Positions 13,100 through 30,084 of a DNA stretch of 64,000 nucleotides are shown here, piece after piece. Positions within the stretch are counted from its first letter, which is position 1; the number at the start of each line of letters is the position of its first letter. The notes below the pieces were generated by a model. That model was given only the letters and a program-made list of their open reading frames with translations. It was not told the origin of the DNA and did not search any database. The stretch lies in assembly GCA_963764725.1 (NCBI GenBank), contig CAVXTM010000015.1, forward strand, positions 96,001 through 160,000. The letters are read 5' to 3'. This DNA comes from an uncultured Gammaproteobacteria bacterium (GTDB lineage Bacteria; Pseudomonadota; Gammaproteobacteria; JACCXJ01). The position numbers were made by a program, and so were the translations under genes.

Positions 13100-14527
<1,428 letters not shown>

Positions 14528-14538
<11 letters not shown>

Positions 14539-16175
14539 ACCCAAGCTCCCTCAGGTTGGCGGCAATCGCGGCATCGAGCTTCGCGGCCTCGGCCTGCTGC
14601 TCGCGCAGCGTCGCGGTGAGCCGCTTCATCTTCTCCTCGAACGGCTCGCCGTCGTCTTCCTGCGCCTCGGCGCCGACGTAGCGGCCGGGCGTGAGCACGT
14701 GGCCGTGCTTGCGGATCTCCTCCAGCGTGCGCGCTCTTGCAGAAGCCGGGGATGTCTTCGTAGGGGCGACCCTCGCGTCGCCCTTTAGGGCAGGCACAGG
14801 CTTGCCCCTACATCTGCCGCGCCAGGCGTGGTAGGTGCTGGCGATGCGGGCGATGTCCTCGTCGGTCAGCTCGCGGTGGGTGCGGTCCACCATGCGGCCG
14901 AGCTTGCGGGCGTCGATGAAGAGCACCTGGCCGCGGCGGTCGCGGACCCTCACCCCGCCCTTCGCGGGCGAGGGAGTCTTGTTTGTCGCGCGCGAGGAAC
15001 CACAGGCAGGCGGGGATCTGCGTCGAGTAGAAGAGCTGTCCCGGCAGCGCGACCATGCAGTCGACGAGGTCGGCCTCGATGAGGCTCTTGCGGATCTCGC
15101 CCTCGCCGGACTGGTTCGACGACATCGAGCCGTTGGCGAGCACGAAGCCGGCCACGCCCGCGGGCGCGAGGTGGTGGACGATGTGCTGCACCCAGGCGAA
15201 GTTGGCGTTGCCCGCAGGCGGCGCGCCGTACTGCCAGCGCTTGTCCTCACGCAGCCGCTCACCGCCCCAGTCGGAGATGTTGAAGGGCGGATTAGCGAGG
15301 ATGAAGTCGGCCTTGAGGTCGGGGTGGCGGTCGTTGTGGAAGGTGTCGCCGTGCTTGATCTGGCCGTCGATGCCGCGCAGGGCGAGGTTCATCTTCGCCA
15401 GGCGCCAGGTGGTGTAGTTCGACTCCTGGCCGTAGATCGAGATGTCGGCCTTGGCCTTGCCCCCGTTGCCGTTGCCATTGGCGTGGTGGCGGATGAACTC
15501 CACCGACTGCACGAACATGCCGGACGAGCCGCAGCAGGGATCGTAGACACGGCCCTTGTAGGGCTCGATCATCTCGACCAGGAGCTTGACCACGCAGCGC
15601 GGCGTGTAGAACTCGCCGCCCTTCTTGCCCTCGGCGCTCGCGAACTGCGACGAGGAAATACTCGTAGACGCGGCCGAGCACGTCCTTGGCGCGGCTCGCC
15701 TCGTCGCCGACCCGAATGTTGCTGATCATGTCGATGAGCTGACCGAGCCGCTGCTTGTCGAGCGCGGGGCGGGCATAGTCCTTGGGCAGCACGCCCTTGA
15801 GCGCCGGGTTGTCACGCTCGATCCCGGCCATCGCATCGTCCACGAGCTGGCCGATAGTGGCTTGCTTGGCCTGCGCTTTCAGATGCGCCCAGCGCGCTTC
15901 GGGCGGCACCCAGAAAATGTTGAGCGCGCGGTACTCGTCCGGGTCTTCGGGGTCCGCGCCCAGCGCCTTCTCCGCCTTCGAGCTTCGCGTGCTGCTCCTC
16001 GAAGGCGTCGGAGATGTACTTGAGGAAGAGCAGGCCGAGGCACGACGTGCTTGTACTCGGCGGCGTCCATGCTGCCGCGCAGCGCATCGGCCATCTGCCA
16101 GAGCTGCGCTTCGTAGCCGACGGTGGCGCCAGCGTTGCTCGCTGCGGCAGTCGAGTTTTTCTTCGGCTTCGGCAT
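14528..16175 (-). CDS. hsdM: Type I RM DNA methyltransferase subunit M (frameshifted as given)
   Basis: [44 protein letters not shown] (N6-adenine MTase), LTPGRYVG. Confidence 0.92.
14760..14811. repeat. GTAG-type REP doublet inserted in the 3' part of hsdM
   Basis: GTAGGGGCGACCCTCGCGTCGCCC...GGGCAGGCACAGGCTTGCCCCTAC. Confidence 0.85.
14947..14975. repeat. CCCTCACCCC...GAGGGA-type palindromic repeat in hsdM
   Basis: CCCTCACCCCGCCCTTCGCGGGCGAGGGA in the variable loop between LWFLAR and [13 protein letters not shown]. Confidence 0.6.
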
Positions 16176-16300
16176 GTGCGTTACCTCGCCTCGATTACTT
16201 CGCGACGGCTTCGGGGGCGCCTAACGAGTTGACAGGTCTCGTTTCTCGCTCCGTGGCTCCTGGCGCTCGGGGATGCTAGCGAGGATTTTTTCATAAGCTC

Positions 16301-17582
16301 TCACAGCGTAGCTAAGACCTTGCGCGCGGCCTCGATCGTCGCGGCGATCTCGGCCGAACCATGGGCGCTCGATACGAACCCGGCTTCAAAGGGGAAGGGA
16401 GCGAGGTACACGCCGGCCTCGATCATCCCATGGAAAAACCGCTTGAATCGTTCCGAGTCCGCGCGCATGACGGCGGCAAAGCTGGTGACGGCCGCCTCCT
16501 CGGTGAAGAAGAACCCGAACATCCCTCCCAGGTGATTGGTGGTGAGCGGCACGCCTGCCTCCTTCGCGCAGCGCCGGAGTTGATGGGTAAGATCGGCAGT
16601 CGTCGCGCCGAGTGCGTCGAAGAAGCCGGGTTGCGATACGATGTCCAAGGTAGCGAGCCCCGCCGCCATTGCCACGGGATTTCCCGAGAGCGTCCCGGCT
16701 TGGTAGATCGGTCCGTTCGGCGCGAGCTGATCCATGATCTCCGCGCGTCCGCCGAAAGCCCCCACGGGCAAACCGCCGCCGATGACCTTCCCGAGGGTGG
16801 TGATATCGGGACGGACATTGAAATACCCTTGCGCCCCGCCGAGCGCCACGCGGAAACCGCTCATGACCTCATCGAAAATGAGCAGACTTCCATACTGATC
16901 GCAGAGCGCACGCAGTCCTTCGAGGAAGCCCGGCGCAGGTAATACGCAATTCATGTTGCCCGCCACCGGTTCGACGATTACCGCCGCGATGTGCTCGCCG
17001 AGCTCGGTGAAGACCTCTTGCACTTGCTCCAAGGCATTGTAAGCCACGGTGTGGGTGTGGCTGCGCCAATGCGGCCGGGACGCCCGGGGAGCTCGGCACC
17101 CCCAAGGTCAACGCCCCGGAGCCGGCCTTGATCAACAAGGAATCCGCATGCCCATGGTAGCAACCTTCGAACTTGAGGATCTTGTCGCGTTGAGTAAAAC
17201 CCCGGGCTAGCCGGATGGCGCTCATCACGGCTTCCGTGCCGGAGCTGACCAGTCGCACGCGCTCGATGGACGGTAAATGTCTGCGAAGGGTCTCGGCCAT
17301 CGCGGTCTCGATCTCGGTGGGCGCGCCGAAGCCGAGGCCACGGTCCACACTTTCCTTGACCGCCGCGATGACTTTCGGATGGGCATGGCCCACGATCATC
17401 GGGCCCCACGAGCCGACGTAGTCGATATAACGGCGCTCGTCCGCGTCGATGAGGTAGGCGCCCTCCCCGCGGCGGAAGAACAGCGGGGTGCCGCCGACGC
17501 CTTTGAATGCCCGGACCGGGGAATTGACCCCGCCCGCGATCACGCGCTGGGCACGGCTGAATAGTTCTTGGGAACGGGACAT
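16301..17582 (-). CDS. hemL: Glutamate-1-semialdehyde 2,1-aminomutase (one frameshift near 17050)
   Basis: [48 protein letters not shown]. Confidence 0.95.
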
Positions 17583-17592
17583 TCCAGATTCC

Positions 17593-18234
17593 TTATTTAT
17601 GCTGAGAAAAGAGCCGCGCATAGCGACCGGCCGCGGCGCGTACATCTGTGGCGGCGAACACCCCTTCGATGACGGCCAGGATATCCGCGCCGGCATTGAG
17701 AAGCAGCGCACCGTTCTCGGGCGTGATGCCGCCGACCGCGACGATGGGAATGCTTAGCTGTCGCTTAGCCAGCCTGAGCAGTGAGACCTCGGCGGCGGCC
17801 GCCTCGGGTTTCGATTTTGATGGAAAGAAGCATCCGAAGGCCACGTAGTCCGCGCCGTTGGCTTGTGCCTCGCGTGCGGCAGGCACATCGTCGTAGCAGG
17901 AAACCCCGATGATAGCGTCACCGCCGAGCACGGCGCGCGCTTCGGCGTAGCTTGCATCGTGGCGCCCGATATGGAGTCCGTCCGCAGCCACGGCGCGGGC
18001 CAAGGCGAGATCATCGTTCACGATCAACGGCCGTCCGTGCCGCCGGCAGATCGCACGCAGCGCTACCGCATCTTTATAACGCTGCGCATACCCGCCGTTC
18101 TTGTTGCGGTGCTGGATCAAGAGGGCGCCGCCGGCGATCGCCGCCGCGACGGCTGCCTCGATTCCGTTTGGAGCTCGGTAGGCGTCGGAGGTAATGACAT
18201 ACAGACCGCGAGAGGGAAGTTTTGGGTGGGGCAT
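17593..18234 (-). CDS. thiE: Thiamine-phosphate synthase
   Basis: [37 protein letters not shown]. Confidence 0.93.
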   Translation of the reverse strand: MPHPKLPSRGLYVITSDAYRAPNGIEAAVAAAIAGGALLIQHRNKNGGYAQRYKDAVALRAICRRHGRPLIVNDDLALARAVAADGLHIGRHDASYAEARAVLGGDAIIGVSCYDDVPAAREAQANGADYVAFGCFFPSKSKPEAAAAEVSLLRLAKRQLSIPIVAVGGITPENGALLLNAGADILAVIEGVFAATDVRAAAGRYARLFSQHK

Positions 18235-18302
18235 GGCGTTCTATTTTATCGGTGCCGTGGACCTGCGAAAATGTCGCGCTGAGGAATGCAACGGGGTAGT
18301 GA

Positions 18303-18467
18303 ATGAAACGCTATATGTGTGTGATTTGCGGGTTTGTCTATGAAGAAGCCAAAGGCTGGCCCGGCGACGGAATCGCGCCTGGGACGCGCTGGGAGGACGT
18401 ACCCCCGAACTGGCAGTGCCCCGATTGTGGCGCGCGCAAGGAAGACTTCGAGATGATCGAGGTGTAG
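18303..18467 (+). CDS. Rubredoxin (54 aa, absent from ORF track)
   Basis: [54 protein letters not shown] with two CxxC motifs. Confidence 0.97.
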   Translation: MKRYMCVICGFVYEEAKGWPGDGIAPGTRWEDVPPNWQCPDCGARKEDFEMIEV

Positions 18468-18505
18468 CGTATTCGTTACCTTGCTCCAGACCTGCCTCGT
18501 CGCTG

Positions 18506-18931
18506 CTAGATCGGTTTAACCACGGCGAGGATAACCACGCCCGCAAGGATGAGTACGGGAAGCTCGTTGATCCATCGGTAATAAACGTGGGTGTGTCGGT
18601 TGCGGTCGTGGCGAAAATCATGAAGGAGCTTGCCTAAATAGATATGATAAGCGATCAGGACAGTGACCAATCCGAGTTTCGCGTGCAGCCATCCTGCGCG
18701 CGCGTAGTGTTCCCAGCCGTTCGCGATCACCGTGGCGGCGCCGAACAGCAAGGTCAGTAACGCGCCTGGCGTCATGATCCCGAAAAAGAGCCTGCGCTCC
18801 ATGAGCTTAAACCGGTCGAGGCTGATGGTGTCGCTGCTCCGCGCGTGATAAACGAACAAGCGGGGCAAATAAAACAGCCCGGCAAACCAAGCCACCATAA
18901 AGATAATGTGGAACGCCTTTAGCCACAGCAT
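18506..18931 (-). CDS. hemJ: Protoporphyrinogen oxidase HemJ
   Basis: MLWLKAFHIIFMVAWFAGLFYLPRLFVYH ... NELP ... VVKP. Confidence 0.95.
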   Translation of the reverse strand: MLWLKAFHIIFMVAWFAGLFYLPRLFVYHARSSDTISLDRFKLMERRLFFGIMTPGALLTLLFGAATVIANGWEHYARAGWLHAKLGLVTVLIAYHIYLGKLLHDFRHDRNRHTHVYYRWINELPVLILAGVVILAVVKPI

Positions 18932-19081
18932 AACGGCGTGCAGCTATCTACGGGTCCGATCCCAACGCGGGGCGCCGGGCGAGCGCGAGCGCTGAATCGC
19001 CAACAGGAAGCCATCGCGAGAAGGATCGAAAAACGACCGCAGTGCAGCAAAAAAATCATTCAGTAAATGCTCTCGGAGGTG

Positions 19082-19110
19082 TTGACACAGGCCGCGACGC
19101 AAATTAAGCT
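19082..19110 (+). promoter_or_regulatory. Sigma70 promoter
   Basis: TTGACA-17 nt-TAAGCT. Confidence 0.7.
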
Positions 19111-19116
19111 GCGCCT

Positions 19117-19203
19117 GTCATGGCCAACCAAGCTTTTTGCGCCATGACTTGAAACATAATAACTATAAGATGACTTAAGCGGCTTCGGCCGCTTTTTCTT
19201 TTT
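19117..19203 (+). ncRNA. Candidate small RNA or argC leader
   Basis: Begins 7 nt after the -10 box; 8-bp stem GTCATGGC/GCCATGAC, A-rich linker, intrinsic terminator. Confidence 0.6.
19177..19203 (+). terminator. Rho-independent terminator
   Basis: AAGCGGC-TTCG-GCCGCTT followed by a T-rich tract. Confidence 0.85.
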
Positions 19204-19248
19204 CCGGGGCCCTGACGCTAACCCGCAGCTTAGAATGAATTCGAATCA

Positions 19249-20280
19249 ATGATCAAGGTTGCCGTCGTCGGCGGAACCGGGTACACCGGCGTCGAGCTAT
19301 TGCGCTTGCTTGCACAACACCCGGCGGTTAGTCTCGATGTCATCACCTCACGTGCCAAGGCGGGCACCCCTGTTGCCTGCATGTTCCCGAGTCTAAGAGG
19401 GCATGTCGAGTTGGCGTTTTCACCGCCCGACATCGAACGCTTACAGGGGTGCGAGTTGGTTTTTTTTGCAACCCCGAACGGGACTTCGATGACAATGGTG
19501 CGGCCATTGATCGATGCCCGCGTCCGGGTCATAGATCTGGCGGCGGATTTCCGGCTTAGGAGCGCCGAGGTATTCGAGCGCTGGTATGGTCTCCGCCACC
19601 GGTGTCCGGATCTCTTAGAGCAGGCGGTTTATGGCCTGCCGGAGTTAAATCGTGAAGCGATTAAGGACGCTCATCTTGTTGCCAATCCCGGTTGTTACCC
19701 TACCGCGGTCATACTCGGTCTCGCGCCTCTCATCGAGGCGCGCCTGGTGCGAGCGGATCGATTGATCGCCGACGCCAAGTCAGGCGTCAGTGGCGCGGGT
19801 CGGCAGGAGAGCGTCGCCCATCTGTTCGCCGAGGCTGGTGATACGCTGAAAGCGTATAGCGTCGCCGGTCACCGGCACCTTCCTGAAATCCTGCAGGCGC
19901 TCGCCCGCATCAACGGTAGTGAGGCCGATCTCGTGTTTGTACCGCATTTAGTTCCGATGATCCGCGGTATCCATGTTACCCTGTATGCCGAGTTGCTTCG
20001 TCGCGAGGTCGATATTCAACACGTGTACGAAGAAAGATATCGGCGGGAACCGTTCATTGACGTGCTGCCGCCGGGCAGCCACCCGGAGACGCGTTCGGTG
20101 AGGGGGTGCAATACTTGCCGCATTGCCACGCACCGGCCGGGCCAAAGCGATCGAATAGTGGTATTATCCGTGATCGATAACTTGGTCAAAGGCGCGGCCG
20201 GCCAAGCGATTCAAAACATGAATCTGATGTTCGGGCTGGAAGAAACGTGCGGTCTGGCGAGCATTGGCTTGTCGCCTTAA
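19249..20280 (+). CDS. argC: N-acetyl-gamma-glutamyl-phosphate reductase
   Basis: [41 protein letters not shown]. Confidence 0.97.
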   Translation: MIKVAVVGGTGYTGVELLRLLAQHPAVSLDVITSRAKAGTPVACMFPSLRGHVELAFSPPDIERLQGCELVFFATPNGTSMTMVRPLIDARVRVIDLAADFRLRSAEVFERWYGLRHRCPDLLEQAVYGLPELNREAIKDAHLVANPGCYPTAVILGLAPLIEARLVRADRLIADAKSGVSGAGRQESVAHLFAEAGDTLKAYSVAGHRHLPEILQALARINGSEADLVFVPHLVPMIRGIHVTLYAELLRREVDIQHVYEERYRREPFIDVLPPGSHPETRSVRGCNTCRIATHRPGQSDRIVVLSVIDNLVKGAAGQAIQNMNLMFGLEETCGLASIGLSP

Positions 20281-20393
20281 GGTGTGAGTTCGCGCGCCCG
20301 TTGTCTGAGCGTTGAGCCTAGTACGCGTCGGAAGGGTTGGGTTCACGGGACCGGAGATCGAAGCGCTGGTTCATGTGGAGGGGGTGATTGGAA

Positions 20394-20855
20394 ATGTTCG
20401 GAAGACGGAAAAAGCGAAAAATTTCCAAAGTGGATTCGCTCGTCGGGCAGAACACCCAGGTTTTGGGCAACGTCAACTTCGATGGCGGCTTGCATGTTGA
20501 CGGTGCAATCAAGGGCAACGTTTATGCGACCGACCAGCAAAGCTCGGTGCTGACGTTGAGCGACCGCGGTACGATTGAAGGCGAGGTGCGGGTTCCTTAT
20601 GTGGTTTTGAACGGCGTGGTATTGGGAGACGTTTATGCTAACCAGCATATTGAACTGGCGTCGAGCGCCCGCGTCGAAGGTAATGTTTATTATGGGTTGA
20701 TTGAGATGGCGGTCGGGGCGGAAGTCAATGGTAAGTTGGTGCGCACCGCCGAGACCGAAAAGCTAACGCTGGCGTTAAGCCATCACAGCCTGGGTGAATC
20801 CGAAGCACTGTCCGCGACCGGCGTCAGGCCCGCGGCAACGAGTTTGGATGGGTAG
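20394..20855 (+). CDS. Bactofilin (polymer-forming cytoskeletal protein)
   Basis: DSLVG...GNVNFDGGLHVDGAIKGNV beta-helix repeats; located between argC and erpA. Confidence 0.9.
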   Translation: MFGRRKKRKISKVDSLVGQNTQVLGNVNFDGGLHVDGAIKGNVYATDQQSSVLTLSDRGTIEGEVRVPYVVLNGVVLGDVYANQHIELASSARVEGNVYYGLIEMAVGAEVNGKLVRTAETEKLTLALSHHSLGESEALSATGVRPAATSLDG

Positions 20856-20913
20856 TTTTGGCCTGCCGACGGTTAATGACTCACTTAAAGAGTAATTTGG
20901 TTGGATGGAATAG

Positions 20914-21270
20914 ATGGAAATTATGAACGCGACCGCTACAGAAAACCCTCTAATGTTCACGGATGCCGCCGCAATTAAAGTGCGCGAGCTGATGGCTGAA
21001 GAAGGCAACGCGGCGCTTATGCTGCGCGTATTTATCTCGGGAGGCGGATGTTCCGGCTTTCAGTACGGGTTTACCTTTGAAGAAGCGCTCGGCGATGGGG
21101 ATACGATCGTCGAAAATCAGGGCGTTAAGCTATTGGTTGACCCGATGAGCTTCCAATACCTTACCGGTGCCGAGATCGATTACAGCGAAGGACTCGATGG
21201 CGCCCGATTCGTGATCCGCAACCCCAATGCCGCCACCACCTGCGGATGCGGGTCCTCGTTCTCAGCTTAG
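20914..21270 (+). CDS. erpA: Iron-sulfur cluster insertion protein ErpA
   Basis: [25 protein letters not shown]. Confidence 0.95.
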   Translation: MEIMNATATENPLMFTDAAAIKVRELMAEEGNAALMLRVFISGGGCSGFQYGFTFEEALGDGDTIVENQGVKLLVDPMSFQYLTGAEIDYSEGLDGARFVIRNPNAATTCGCGSSFSA

Positions 21271-22799
21271 GGGCGGATGCGCGCATTGGTTCGGGCCGCC
21301 AAGGTGATGGCAACCCGTTCCGTCGTACTCGCTAAATCCTGGGAAGGTCCGGTATGGGAAAGCGCTAATGCGTCGAGTTTGCTTAATAAGTTCCGTGTCT
21401 CTGCCTTGAACTGTGCCAGTTGCTGCCCTACGAGAGGCAGGGCATTCGGTAGCTTAACCGTAAGCGGGTTCTTATGGACGCCGTTGACTCGAAACTCGTA
21501 GTGTAAGTGTGGACCGGTGGCGGATCCTGTGCGGCCTACATAGCCGATGATCTGTCCCTGACGAACCCGCTGCCCCGGCCGCAAGCGGCTCGCAAAGCGC
21601 GATAAATGGGCGTACAGCGTACTGTAGGTTAGGCTGTGATCCAGGATGATGGTATTGCCGTAACCGTTTTGCCTGCCCACGAATTTCACCTTACCGTTAC
21701 CGCTTGCCTTGATAGGCGTTCCCTGCGGAGCGGCGTAATCGACGCCGCGATGCGCTCGAATCGTATGTAAAATCGGATGTCTACGGTGCGGGTTGAAGTG
21801 GGAGCTTATGCGCGTGAACTGCACTGGGGTTCTAATAAACGCTTTATGCAATGCGTTCCCCGTATCCGTGTAATAATCCGCATGACCCTGCGAATCCACG
21901 AACCGGACCGCGCGATAGGCGTGTCCTTGATTCACGAACTCGGCAGCGACAATCTTGCCGTCTCTAATCTTTTTTTTGTCTTTATACAACTCTTCGTAGA
22001 CTACGGCGAACCGATCACCCTCATGGATATCCAGTGCAAAATCGATATCCCAGCGAAACATTTTTACGAGCCTTATGATGAGGTCATCGGACAGACCGGC
22101 TGCCTGGCCTGCGGTGAACAAGGAATCTCCAATGGAAGCCGTGGTCATGGAGAGTCTTATCTCTGGCTTGGATTTCGAGGTTTGCGCGGTGAAATCACCG
22201 TCCGTGTCTTTAATCACGCGCAGCAGGTGCGTGAGGTCGCGCTGGTAGATGAGCTCGGCGAGACCGTCTCGTTTAACCAGAAACTTTAAGGATTCGCCCG
22301 GATAGAGGTTCGTGAGAGGCGCGGTGATTCGGCCAAGAGCTATGATTCGATCGAGATCTAGCGTGCTCAACCCCAAATGCTGAAAGATCAGCGACAGGTT
22401 ATCACCCTTCCGTACGGTGACCTTTTGCCACTCGGGTTTCAGTTCACGATTGACCTTACCAAGGCGAGCGTGAGCGTACTGTTTTCGCGGTTTAGTGGGC
22501 CTCGGAACTGTGCTTTTATGCGTATGCTTTAGGGCGTCGCCGAGGTTTGCATCCGGCGCGAGCCACGCGGGGAGCCGGATTTCGGCATCCGGTACTTGCT
22601 GCGAGGCCATACCGCCGAGCAGGATCGTCAAGACGGACAACACCGGAAACGAAAGCCAACGCACCGGCGGCATTTCGCGACGCGATGCGCCTCCGAATTC
22701 CAACGGCTGAATCGCGCTCCTCCCGGTGAGTGCTATGGAATTGCTATTCCACTGCAGCCGGGGCTTATAATCGTATCTTGTTACCCGCCTGTAGGACAC
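21267..22799 (-). CDS. M23 peptidoglycan DD-endopeptidase with OapA/LysM-like domain (MepM-like; start uncertain)
   Basis: [22 protein letters not shown]; divergent from tyrS. Confidence 0.9.
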   Translation of the reverse strand: MSYRRVTRYDYKPRLQWNSNSIALTGRSAIQPLEFGGASRREMPPVRWLSFPVLSVLTILLGGMASQQVPDAEIRLPAWLAPDANLGDALKHTHKSTVPRPTKPRKQYAHARLGKVNRELKPEWQKVTVRKGDNLSLIFQHLGLSTLDLDRIIALGRITAPLTNLYPGESLKFLVKRDGLAELIYQRDLTHLLRVIKDTDGDFTAQTSKSKPEIRLSMTTASIGDSLFTAGQAAGLSDDLIIRLVKMFRWDIDFALDIHEGDRFAVVYEELYKDKKKIRDGKIVAAEFVNQGHAYRAVRFVDSQGHADYYTDTGNALHKAFIRTPVQFTRISSHFNPHRRHPILHTIRAHRGVDYAAPQGTPIKASGNGKVKFVGRQNGYGNTIILDHSLTYSTLYAHLSRFASRLRPGQRVRQGQIIGYVGRTGSATGPHLHYEFRVNGVHKNPLTVKLPNALPLVGQQLAQFKAETRNLLSKLDALALSHTGPSQDLASTTERVAITLAARTNARIRP

Positions 22800-22914
22800 G
22801 AAGGTCTTCTTGTAGTGAGTTGTCTAAAAGATAACCGCTTAAGCCGGATAGGTCAACGCTATCGGCTGATCGTACCCCATGCCTTAATAACTGTATTGTT
22901 TGGCAGGTGAAACG

Positions 22915-24105
22915 ATGGACAATGGCTTCGATACGATAAAACATGGTACGGTCGAAATCTTGCTCGAAGAACAACTTCGAACCAAGTTGAGCGCGGGGCG
23001 ACCGCTGCGCGTTAAGGCGGGCTTCGACCCGACGGCGCCTGATCTTCATTTAGGCCACACCGTGCTGCTTAACAAGCTGCGGCAGTTCCAAACGTTGGGA
23101 CATCGCGCCTTATTCTTGATCGGCGATTTCACAGGGATGATTGGCGATCCGAGCGGCCGGTCGACCATGCGCAAGGCACTTACGCGTGAGGAGGTGGTTG
23201 AGAACGCGGCTACATACACGGACCAGATCCTTAAGGTTTTGGACGCGGAGCATACGGAGATCGTTTTTAACTCGATGTGGATGGATAAAATGTCTGCCGC
23301 GGATATGGTTCGGCTCACGTCTCGCGCAACGGTAGCTCGGATGCTCGAGCGTGAGGACTTTACTAGACGTTACAAGAACGGCCAAGCCATTGCAATCCAT
23401 GAATTCTTATACCCGCTAATACAAGCTTACGATTCGGTAGCTTTGCAAGCCGATGTGGAGCTCGGTGGCACTGATCAAAAATTCAACCTTCTGATGGGCC
23501 GGCAATTACAAGCGGAGTATGGGCAAGAACCTCAGACCGTCGTCATGATGCCGCTCTTGGAAGGTACGGATGGCGCGCAGAAAATGTCCAAATCGCTAAA
23601 TAATCACGTCGGTATCAACGAGCCTCCTCAGGAGATGTTTGGAAAACTGATGTCGATTTCCGATGAGTTGATGTGGCGCTACGCGAGTCTCCTAAGCTCG
23701 CGCGGAAAAGCGGCACTGGAGACATGGAAACGCGCGGTCGCGGAAGGGGCTAATCCGCGCGATTATAAGGTATTGTTTGCACAAGAGATGGTAACGCGTT
23801 TTCATAGCGCAAGAGCAGCGGATCTCGCGCACAAGGACTTTGTCCAGAGATTCCGAGAGCATGCGCTACCAGACAGTATGCCGGAGTTGGCGATTCCTGA
23901 ACCCACCGGAGCGATCACTGTTGCCAGCCTGTTAAAGCGAGCGGGCTTAACCGCCAGCACTTCAGAGGCGATTCGAATGGTCGCACAAGGTGCTGTGCGT
24001 ATCGACGGCGAGAAGACTCACGATGCGATGCGCAAGGTGTTCTCTGGCAGCACGCATGTTTTTCAGGTGGGAAAGCGACGCTTTGCAAAGGTCTCCGTCG
24101 TTTAG
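22915..24105 (+). CDS. tyrS: Tyrosine--tRNA ligase
   Basis: [19 protein letters not shown]-terminal S4 domain. Confidence 0.97.
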   Translation: MDNGFDTIKHGTVEILLEEQLRTKLSAGRPLRVKAGFDPTAPDLHLGHTVLLNKLRQFQTLGHRALFLIGDFTGMIGDPSGRSTMRKALTREEVVENAATYTDQILKVLDAEHTEIVFNSMWMDKMSAADMVRLTSRATVARMLEREDFTRRYKNGQAIAIHEFLYPLIQAYDSVALQADVELGGTDQKFNLLMGRQLQAEYGQEPQTVVMMPLLEGTDGAQKMSKSLNNHVGINEPPQEMFGKLMSISDELMWRYASLLSSRGKAALETWKRAVAEGANPRDYKVLFAQEMVTRFHSARAADLAHKDFVQRFREHALPDSMPELAIPEPTGAITVASLLKRAGLTASTSEAIRMVAQGAVRIDGEKTHDAMRKVFSGSTHVFQVGKRRFAKVSVV

Positions 24106-24147
24106 CCATGATCCTCCGGCCGCGCGTCGATACTAAGCGGGTTCATG

Positions 24148-24175
24148 TTGACCCGCCGCCCGTTAGGTGTATAAT
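24148..24175 (+). promoter_or_regulatory. rrn P1-type promoter
   Basis: TTGACC-16 nt-TATAAT with a GC-rich discriminator; boxA-like TGTTCTTTAAAA near 24208. Confidence 0.8.
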
Positions 24176-24364
24176 CCGCACCCTCTAGCGGGGGTGCTCC
24201 CCTGCCTTGTTCTTTAAAAAAACCGAACAATCAAGCAATTTGTGTGGGTGCCTGCGTTCAGGATTTCTTCACCATAAGTTGTGCGGCGGAAGCGGGGTTC
24301 ACTTCGATACCCGGTAGCCGCCGAGCGAGAGAATCTTAGCTGTGCAAGCAGCTAGGTAAGTTTA

Positions 24365-25908
<1,544 letters not shown>

Positions 25909-25984
25909 AAAGTGAACAGTGAAGATTGACTGTGTCGACAGGCGCCCACACAAATTGTCCTGCATTGAGAGGGCCCGTTAACTT

Positions 25985-26061
<77 letters not shown>

Positions 26062-26111
26062 AAGCGGTGCGGTAAACCCCAAACGATACAGCGAGATGGA
26101 AAAAGCGACCT

Positions 26112-26187
26112 GGGGCCATAGCTCAGCTGGGAGAGCACCTGCTTTGCAAGCAGGGGGTCGTCGGTTCGATCCCGACTGGCTCCACCA
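26112..26187 (+). tRNA. tRNA-Ala(TGC)
   Basis: GGGGCCATAGCTCAG..TTTGCAA..CTCCACCA. Confidence 0.98.
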
Positions 26188-26199
26188 TAGCTTGATAAC

Positions 26200-26271
26200 G
26201 GGTCGTAGCCAGGTGGTGTCGAGCGCACCCCTGATAAGCGCGAGGCGGAAGTTCGAGTCCTCTAGACACCA
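26200..26271 (+). pseudogene. Degenerate second tRNA-Ile(GAT)-like copy
   Basis: Shares GAGCGCACCCCTGATAAG and GTTCGAGTCC with 25985-26061 but has indels in the acceptor and D stems. Confidence 0.65.
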
Positions 26272-26455
26272 GCTGCATGAGTTGGCGGAGTTAGATCAGC
26301 GAGCGTCTTGCGCCAGCGATTTGTTCTTTGAAAAATGGATGAAGCGAGCGTTCTAGACGAATATCGAACGTGTCGAGACTAATGACTGATCGCGAGAGAT
26401 AAATCGATTGCATTCGCACGACTGACGTATAACCCGAGACTATTTGGGGTTATAT

Positions 26456-29366
<2,911 letters not shown>

Positions 29367-29498
29367 ATAACACCCAAGTAGTTTGCGTTTAGGGTGGTAT
29401 GCAATGCAATCGATAGAAGCGATCCAACAAGAACGCGGGACGACCTTTCGATAGTCTTTCAATTGCTAGGCGGTTGTCTGGCGATGAAAGGAATGGCT

Positions 29499-29615
29499 TG
29501 TCTGGCGACCATAGCGAGCGGGAACCACCTGATCCCATCTCGAACTCAGAAGTGAAACCGTTCAGCGCCGATGATAGTGTGGGATAGCCCATGTGAAAGT
29601 AGGTCATCGCCAGGC
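29499..29615 (+). rRNA. rrf: 5S rRNA
   Basis: TGTCTGGCGACCATAGC...CGAACTCAGAAGTGAAA...TCGCCAGGC. Confidence 0.96.
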
Positions 29616-29624
29616 GCTTAAAGC

Positions 29625-29660
29625 AAAACCCCTGCATCCTATTGCAGGGGTTTTTATTTT
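29625..29660 (+). terminator. rrn terminator
   Basis: AAAACCCCTGCA-loop-TGCAGGGGTTTT plus T tract. Confidence 0.9.
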
Positions 29661-29847
29661 GCGACTACTGCACGACTTGGTTTTGAAATTGGGCTATATT
29701 TAGTTTTAACAGCGTTCCATGGTGGTTTACGAAGTGTGCTCAGGAAGGGTTTATAGGCTCGGCCAAGAATCGCGGTAAAGCGGCGAAACTGCGAGTCCAG
29801 ATGGCTAAATGCGTCGCTATAACGCGACCACAAACAAAGGGGGAACG

Positions 29848-30084
29848 ATGGTTGAATCCGATGATGAGATAACGCAGGCTCTCTTAGCATCGAGCGAGGA
29901 TTTCAAACGCCTTTACCAGAAGCATAGGGGATTAAAGGACCAGGTGCACCAGGCAAACACGGGCGCACTCCCGCTTGATGACATCTCGTTGGAAAACTTG
30001 AAAAAACAAAAGTTGCTGCTCAAGGATAGAATGGCTTCGATGATCAAGGCTTACCGCGAGAGCAAGCTGGCAATCGGGGGCTAA
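29848..30084 (+). CDS. DUF465/YdcH family small coiled-coil protein
   Basis: FKRLYQKH..L...LKKQKLLLKDRM pattern. Confidence 0.8.
   Translation: MVESDDEITQALLASSEDFKRLYQKHRGLKDQVHQANTGALPLDDISLENLKKQKLLLKDRMASMIKAYRESKLAIGG

Noticed and set aside
16214-16240. GTTAGGC (- strand) upstream of hsdM as an integron cassette or attC core
   Set aside because: No matching RYYYAAC inverse core or attC fold upstream, and no IntI in the window
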